Part shown: positions 11,945 to 22,379 of the stretch, piece after piece
Layout of the letters: every line of letters starts with the position of its first letter
Numbering within the stretch: position 1 is the first letter of the stretch
From: Eledone cirrhosa
Lineage: Eukaryota
Reading direction: 5' to 3'
Length of the DNA stretch: 22,379 nt
Assembly: GCA_964016885.1 (NCBI GenBank)
Contig: CAXHJY010001172.1
Location: 1 to 22,379 of the forward strand
Notes under the pieces: generated by a model
Seen by the model: only the letters and a program-made list of their open reading frames with translations
Databases searched by the model: none
Told to the model about the DNA's origin: nothing
Position numbers and translations under genes: made by a program

Positions 11945-13221
11945 CAAGGTCGGACTGGAACCTAACACCACATCTAGCATCAAACACCAGAGACACACCT
12001 TATACTACATACCCAACACTAACTGATCCATTATAACACAAACAACGACATCCCTCTGGAACCCTTCGCAGGGAGAATACCCATTTATACCTCTACGGCA
12101 GGCGTGACAACATCCACCCACTTGAACGGCACTACACTGCTCTAAGGGTAATTTGAGCATGAATTGATCGGTCGGATAGTGTTGTGCAGAGGAAACACCT
12201 TCCTTAGACGGATGTAAAATGATTTAATCGAGTAGCGCTGTTGACCAGTAGGACCGGACTGCTGAGCGCAGTGAGTGAATGCATTGCAACTGCCGGGCGG
12301 GTTGTACGTATATGGATGATCTGACGGTCAGAGAGGGGTCGCGAGGACCGCGGATTGACCTTTGGCCGGCCTGGGGATGATTTTCTTTCGACATCAAATG
12401 TAGCAAGCGATGACCCAGATCTTACCAGAGATCATTGGGTCCTGAAGCAAGCCTGCAATCACCGCGCCTGGTCATATGAGCAGACTACAACCACAAAGAT
12501 CATTAACTTAGAATCCTCGCTCATCATCTATAATTTCCATTTGTGGCACCTTAAGATGGGTTAACCCACCATAATAATATGACCACCTTCAGCATAACTT
12601 AATTAAACTACTCTATAGTTAATACACTTTATGCTTTAAAAATCTCTCTTGGAAGATGCGCATCACCATAGAATTTAGAGTCTATATTGGGACACATTTT
12701 AATGGCTAGATATAGAAACCCCAGAGTTACCTCCCCGCACGCATTAACTCCCCTATGCCACACACACACTTCCGGGCGGTATTCAATGGCGTTTCTAGAA
12801 ACGTAACAACCTCCTGTATCGAACTAAAGAACACCAGACTACGATCTCTAACTGGATTGTCATGGATTACGTGAAGGGCATATAATCGAAAAATACACTC
12901 CCCTGACCATGAAAATGCCGAAGTACATGAAATACTTGACATCCCTGCGCTGTGCATCTCCATTACTTATAACACTTTTAATGCTTGCACTATCTTTAAT
13001 GCTTATAATATTTCTCCACACACAGACTATATCAATCATAAAGAATTTGCCACCAGATCTACCAACCTAACACTCTTATTTACCTACCTAAGTGCCTCTA
13101 CCACACAAATCTCTCTGCCAAACTATATAAACAAGACGCGCATGCGTGCCACACATATAACATTTGCACTATATAACCGCTTATCTTCATGTATTTTAAC
13201 CTATATTTTTGATTTTTGATT

Positions 13222-13831
13222 CATCATCATCATCAACGTTTAACGTCCGTGTTCCACGCTTGCATGGGTTTGGACGGGGGTAGTCCCACTTGAGGCAAGA
13301 GTGATTGTCTTGCTCGCATAGGACTGTCTGGCAGGTTTTCTACAGTTGGATGCCCTTCCTAACACCAACCACATTTACAGTGTGGGTCTGGGAGGTTTTT
13401 ACCGTGTTGCCTACACGGCCACATTACAGCGTGGACTGTGTGTTTTTTTGTCGTGACACCTACACGATCTCATTTGTTTCGGCCTGGATGGCGTGGCACC
13501 AACATAACTTTACATAGAGCGGGGTGGTGTGGATGGGGTGGGGGTGGTGGCGGGACGGGGTGTATTTTGTTAGAGATGCCTACTGGCAAGGCGGGTCTTC
13601 TCTGTTACTGAGTACCGCCAAAGGTCTCGGTCCAGTGACATTGTCTTGGAGAGGTGTAAGTGTGTGAGGTCGGAGTTTATCAGCTCGTCCCAGGTTTTTC
13701 TAGGTCTGCCTATTCCGTGGCTACCGTCTATCTTTATTGCCCTGCACTTTGTTATACAGCTATCGACTTTCATGCGCATCACGTGTCCATACCAACGTAG
13801 CCCTCCCTCGAGTAAACAACATCTGATCCCT
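13222..13831 (-). mobile_element. RTE copy C: 3'-terminal ~610 bp with (GAT)n tail
   Basis: Encodes GIRCCLL...RWYGHVMR...GRPRKTW and has the full 3' UTR. A ~29-bp deletion at ~13587 removes the normal stop codon. Confidence 0.92.
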
Positions 13832-13864
13832 GTGTGATCCCGTTGATGATGATGATGATGATGA

Positions 13865-16036
<2,172 letters not shown>

Positions 16037-16210
16037 CATGGACACACTAGAAGAGGAAGACCAAGGTTAACATATGTTGATGCCCTAAGGACAGACACTG
16101 GTCTATTGGAGATGCAGGATATGGCAGCGATAATGAGGGACAGAGACCGCTGGAGAGAACTCGTCCATGGATCTCGGGAATTTTACGCGCCTTAGATAGA
16201 TAGATAGATA
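16037..16210 (+). mobile_element. 3' fragment of a second RTE-like LINE family with (TAGA)n tail
   Basis: Encodes [22 protein letters not shown]...[11 protein letters not shown]...* (RTE-type GRP...DR..WR C-terminus). The stop TAG at 16193-16195 runs directly into tagatagata. Confidence 0.8.
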
Positions 16211-16251
16211 CATATATATATATACATATATACATACATATATATACATAT

Positions 16252-16302
<51 letters not shown>

Positions 16303-16312
16303 CATATACATA

Positions 16313-16346
<34 letters not shown>

Positions 16347-16361
16347 CATATACATATATAC

Positions 16362-16412
<51 letters not shown>

Positions 16413-16420
16413 CATATACA

Positions 16421-16756
16421 TGGCTTAGTGGTTAGAGCATTGGCCTTGCAATCGAAAGGTTGTGAGTTCAATTCGCAGACCGGGTGATGTGTTGTTTCCT
16501 TGAGCAAGACACTTTATTTCACATTGCTCCAGTTTACTCAGCTGTAGAAATGAGATGATAGGGACTGCGGTCCCTATCATTCCACTGCAAAGTGGTCGTG
16601 GAGGCGCCACGGCAAAAAAGCACCCAGCACTCACTGTAAATGAGGTTGGTGTTAGGAAGGGCATCCAGCTGTAGAAATCAAGCCAAAATCAGTTCCCGTC
16701 CCACCCTTGCAAGCAAGGAAAAAGCGGACGTAAAATGAAATGATGAAATGATGATG

Positions 16757-16758
<2 letters not shown>
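16421..16758 (+). mobile_element. tRNA-derived SINE with CORE-like segment and RTE-derived 3' tail
   Basis: A box TGGCTTAGTGG (16421-16431), B-box-like GAGTTCAATTC (16464-16474), CORE-like ccttgagcaagacactt. The tail shares cactgtaaatg.ggttggtgttaggaagggcatcca.ctgtagaaa and cgtcc...ggacg with the RTE 3' UTR and ends in (GAT)n. Confidence 0.88.
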
Positions 16759-16827
<69 letters not shown>

Positions 16828-16920
16828 CATATATACATATATATATACATATATATATACATATATATATACATATATATATACATATATATATACATAT
16901 ATATATACATATATATATAC

Positions 16921-16985
<65 letters not shown>

Positions 16986-16986
16986 C

Positions 16987-17017
<31 letters not shown>

Positions 17018-17098
17018 CATATATATACATATACATATATATACATATACATACATATACATACATATACATATACATATACATATATATACATATAC

Positions 17099-17129
<31 letters not shown>

Positions 17130-17162
17130 CATATATATATACATACATATATATATATATAC

Positions 17163-17219
<57 letters not shown>

Positions 17220-17224
17220 TATAC

Positions 17225-17287
<63 letters not shown>

Positions 17288-17344
17288 CATATACATATAT
17301 ATATATATACATATATATATACATATATATATATATACATATAC

Positions 17345-17391
<47 letters not shown>

Positions 17392-17398
17392 CATATAC

Positions 17399-17445
<47 letters not shown>

Positions 17446-17487
17446 CATATATATATATACATATATATATATACATATATAGATACA

Positions 17488-17519
<32 letters not shown>

Positions 17520-17527
17520 GATACATA

Positions 17528-17559
<32 letters not shown>

Positions 17560-17567
17560 GATACATA

Positions 17568-17599
<32 letters not shown>

Positions 17600-17632
17600 C
17601 ATATACATATATATATATACATATATATATAC

Positions 17633-17697
<65 letters not shown>

Positions 17698-17698
17698 C

Positions 17699-17761
<63 letters not shown>

Positions 17762-17832
17762 CATATATATATACATATATACATACATATATACATATAT
17801 ATATACATATATATATACATATATATATATAT

Positions 17833-17863
<31 letters not shown>

Positions 17864-18001
17864 TACATATATGCATATATATATACATATATACATATAT
17901 ATATATACATATATATATACATATATACATATATATATACATATATATATACATATATATATATATGTATATATATATGTATATATATATATATGTATAT
18001 G

Positions 18002-18064
<63 letters not shown>

Positions 18065-18069
18065 GTATA

Positions 18070-18126
<57 letters not shown>

Positions 18127-18159
18127 GTATATATATATATATGTATGTATATATATATG

Positions 18160-18206
<47 letters not shown>

Positions 18207-18287
18207 GTATATGTATATATATGTATATGTATATGTATATGTATGTATATGTATGTATATGTATATATATGTATATGTATATATATG

Positions 18288-18318
<31 letters not shown>

Positions 18319-18331
18319 GTATATATATATG

Positions 18332-18382
<51 letters not shown>

Positions 18383-18475
18383 GTATATATATATGTATAT
18401 ATATATGTATATATATATGTATATATATATGTATATATATATGTATATATATATGTATATATATATGTATATATG

Positions 18476-18544
<69 letters not shown>
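16759..18544. repeat. Central (TA)n microsatellite; polarity flips from TACA to TATG at ~17960
   Basis: Last C at 17952; the G run starts at 17967. Confidence 0.97.
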
Positions 18545-18546
<2 letters not shown>

Positions 18547-18882
18547 CATCATCATTTCATCATTTCATTTTACGTCCGCTTTTTCCTTGCTTGCAAGGGT
18601 GGGACGGGAACTGATTTTGGCTTGATTTCTACAGCTGGATGCCCTTCCTAACACCAACCTCATTTACAGTGAGTGCTGGGTGCTTTTTTGCCGTGGCGCC
18701 TCCACGACCACTTTGCAGTGGAATGATAGGGACCGCAGTCCCTATCATCTCATTTCTACAGCTGAGTAAACTGGAGCAATGTGAAATAAAGTGTCTTGCT
18801 CAAGGAAACAACACATCACCCGGTCTGCGAATTGAACTCACAACCTTTCGATTGCAAGGCCAATGCTCTAACCACTAAGCCA
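18545..18882 (-). mobile_element. SINE, inverted copy of 16421-16758
   Basis: Reverse complement with no differences seen by eye; the 79-aa spurious ORFs in both copies are identical. Confidence 0.88.
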
Positions 18883-18890
18883 TGTATATG

Positions 18891-18939
<49 letters not shown>

Positions 18940-18954
18940 GTATATATGTATATG

Positions 18955-18988
<34 letters not shown>

Positions 18989-18996
18989 TGTATATG

Positions 18997-19047
<51 letters not shown>

Positions 19048-19088
19048 ATATGTATATATATGTATGTATATATGTATATATATATATG

Positions 19089-19262
19089 TATCTATCTATC
19101 TATCTAAGGCGCGTAAAATTCCCGAGATCCATGGACGAGTTCTCTCCAGCGGTCTCTGTCCCTCATTATCGCTGCCATATCCTGCATCTCCAATAGACCA
19201 GTGTCTGTCCTTAGGGCATCAACATATGTTAACCTTGGTCTTCCTCTTCTAGTGTGTCCATG
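19089..19262 (-). mobile_element. Second-family RTE-like 3' fragment, inverted copy of 16037-16210
   Basis: Same peptide and (TAGA)n tail on the minus strand. Confidence 0.8.
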
Positions 19263-21337
<2,075 letters not shown>

Positions 21338-22379
21338 CATCATCATCATCATCATCAACGTTTAACGTCCGTGTTCCACGCTTGCATGGGTTTGGACGGG
21401 GGTAGTCCCACTTGAGGCAAGAGTGATTGTCTTGCTCGCATAGGACTGTCTGGCAGGTTTTCTACAGTTGGATGCCCTTCCTAACACCAACCACATTTAC
21501 AGTGTGGGTCTGGGAGGTTTTACCGTGTTGCCTACACGGCCACATTACAGCGTGGACTGTGTGTTTTTTTGTCGTGACACCTACACGATCTCATTTGTTT
21601 CGGCCTCGATGGCGCGGCACCAACATAACCCTACATAGAACGGGGTGGTGTGGATGGGGTGGGGGCGGGGGCGGCGGGACGGGGTGCACCTTGTTAGAGA
21701 TGCCCACCGGCCGGAGCAGGTCCCACTATACATTTAGGCAAGGCGGGTCCTCCCTGCTACTGAGTACCGCCAAAGGTCTCGGTCCAGTGACATTGTCTTG
21801 GAGAGGTGCAAGTGTGTGATGTCGGAGTCCATCAGCTCGTCCCAGGTCTTCCCAGGTCTGCCCATTCCGTGACTACCGTCCATCTCTACTGCCCTGCACT
21901 TTGTTATACAGCCATCGACCCTCATGCGCATCACGTGTCCATACCAACGTAGCCCTCCCTCGAGTAAACAACATCTGATCCCTCCTATCTCCAATTCCCT
22001 CCTTAGCTCGTTTATGCCTCGCCGTTCACGCACATTACTGTTACACATCCAGCGGAGCATGCAAGCCTCGTTCCTCCCCAGTCTGCGTACATCCTCTGCA
22101 CACAATGCCCAGGTCCCACTGCCGTGCAGCACTGCTGTTCGCATGCAGGCATCGCACAACCTGCCCTTCATCCTTAGTGAGAACCCTCCAGCAGCCAATA
22201 GTGGTATAAGCTCTCTGAACCCCCTCCAACCAGTTCCGACTCCAGCCACAGTACCTTCAGAGCACCCCCCCCCCCCCACTGCTGATCCTATCGCCCAGGT
22301 AACGGAAGCTGTCCACCACCTCTACAGAACCCTCTGCGCAATTGAAAGAGCCAGTAGTTTGTGGGCACCTGCTGCCACT
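21338..22379 (-). mobile_element. RTE copy D (3' part, runs off the window), A-to-G hypermutated
   Basis: Same 3' UTR, tail and C-terminal ORF as copies A, B and C, with dense T>C changes on + from ~21615 to the window end. Confidence 0.93.

Larger units (their letters stand above)
9104..13221 (+). mobile_element. Penelope-like retroelement (probably Naiad clade)
   Basis: RT+GIY-YIG ORF, upstream hammerhead motif, A/C-skewed sense strand. Boundaries are defined only by the junctions with the flanking RTE copies. Confidence 0.8.

Noticed and set aside
12262-12322. Resemblance to U3 snoRNA boxes B/C (ctgagcg...tgcaactgccg...gatgatc)
   Set aside because: No box A/A' 5' domain and no matching terminal C'/D stem; similarity too short.
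12330-12372. HDV-like ribozyme on the minus strand (GGCCGGC...GGTCCTCGC resembles HDV P1/L3)
   Set aside because: No P1 3' strand after P3 and no J4/2 catalytic segment could be found; probably coincidental.
12405-12450. Canonical SECIS element or C/D snoRNA (GATGA...CTGA hairpin)
   Set aside because: Helix register and apical AA do not fit a SECIS, the C box is imperfect, and the upstream ORF has no in-frame TGA. Kept only as part of the unassigned structured island.
16421-16485. Possible tRNA gene
   Set aside because: A and B boxes are present but the acceptor stem is missing and the sequence continues into a SINE body.
21615-22379. APOBEC or CpG deamination as the cause of copy D divergence
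   Set aside because: Those processes give C>T/G>A. Here sister copies agree on T and D has C, with conserved residues disrupted in D.

Overview
Eukaryotic repeat-only window with no host gene. About half is (TA)n microsatellite interrupted by G or C. The rest is retroelements: six pieces of one RTE-clade LINE family (APE endonuclease plus an RT carrying an inserted PHD-type finger, (GAT)n tail), two fragments of a second RTE-like family with a (TAGA)n tail, two identical tRNA-derived CORE-like SINEs whose tail matches the RTE 3' UTR, and a Penelope-like (probably Naiad-type) element with an intact 818-aa RT+GIY-YIG ORF preceded by a minimal hammerhead ribozyme. The repeat content suggests a coleoid cephalopod such as Octopus (inference only). 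Main signals: (1) the RTE copy at the right end is A-to-G hypermutated on its sense strand with ADAR-like context, sparing its last ~280 nt; (2) nearly all RTE and SINE ends abut (TA)n arrays, mostly with one array polarity; (3) a ~7.5-kb inverted duplication at 13841-21360; (4) a hairpin-rich GC island downstream of the Penelope ORF. All long Tyr/Ile-rich ORFs are microsatellite artefacts. Counts and alignments were done by eye.
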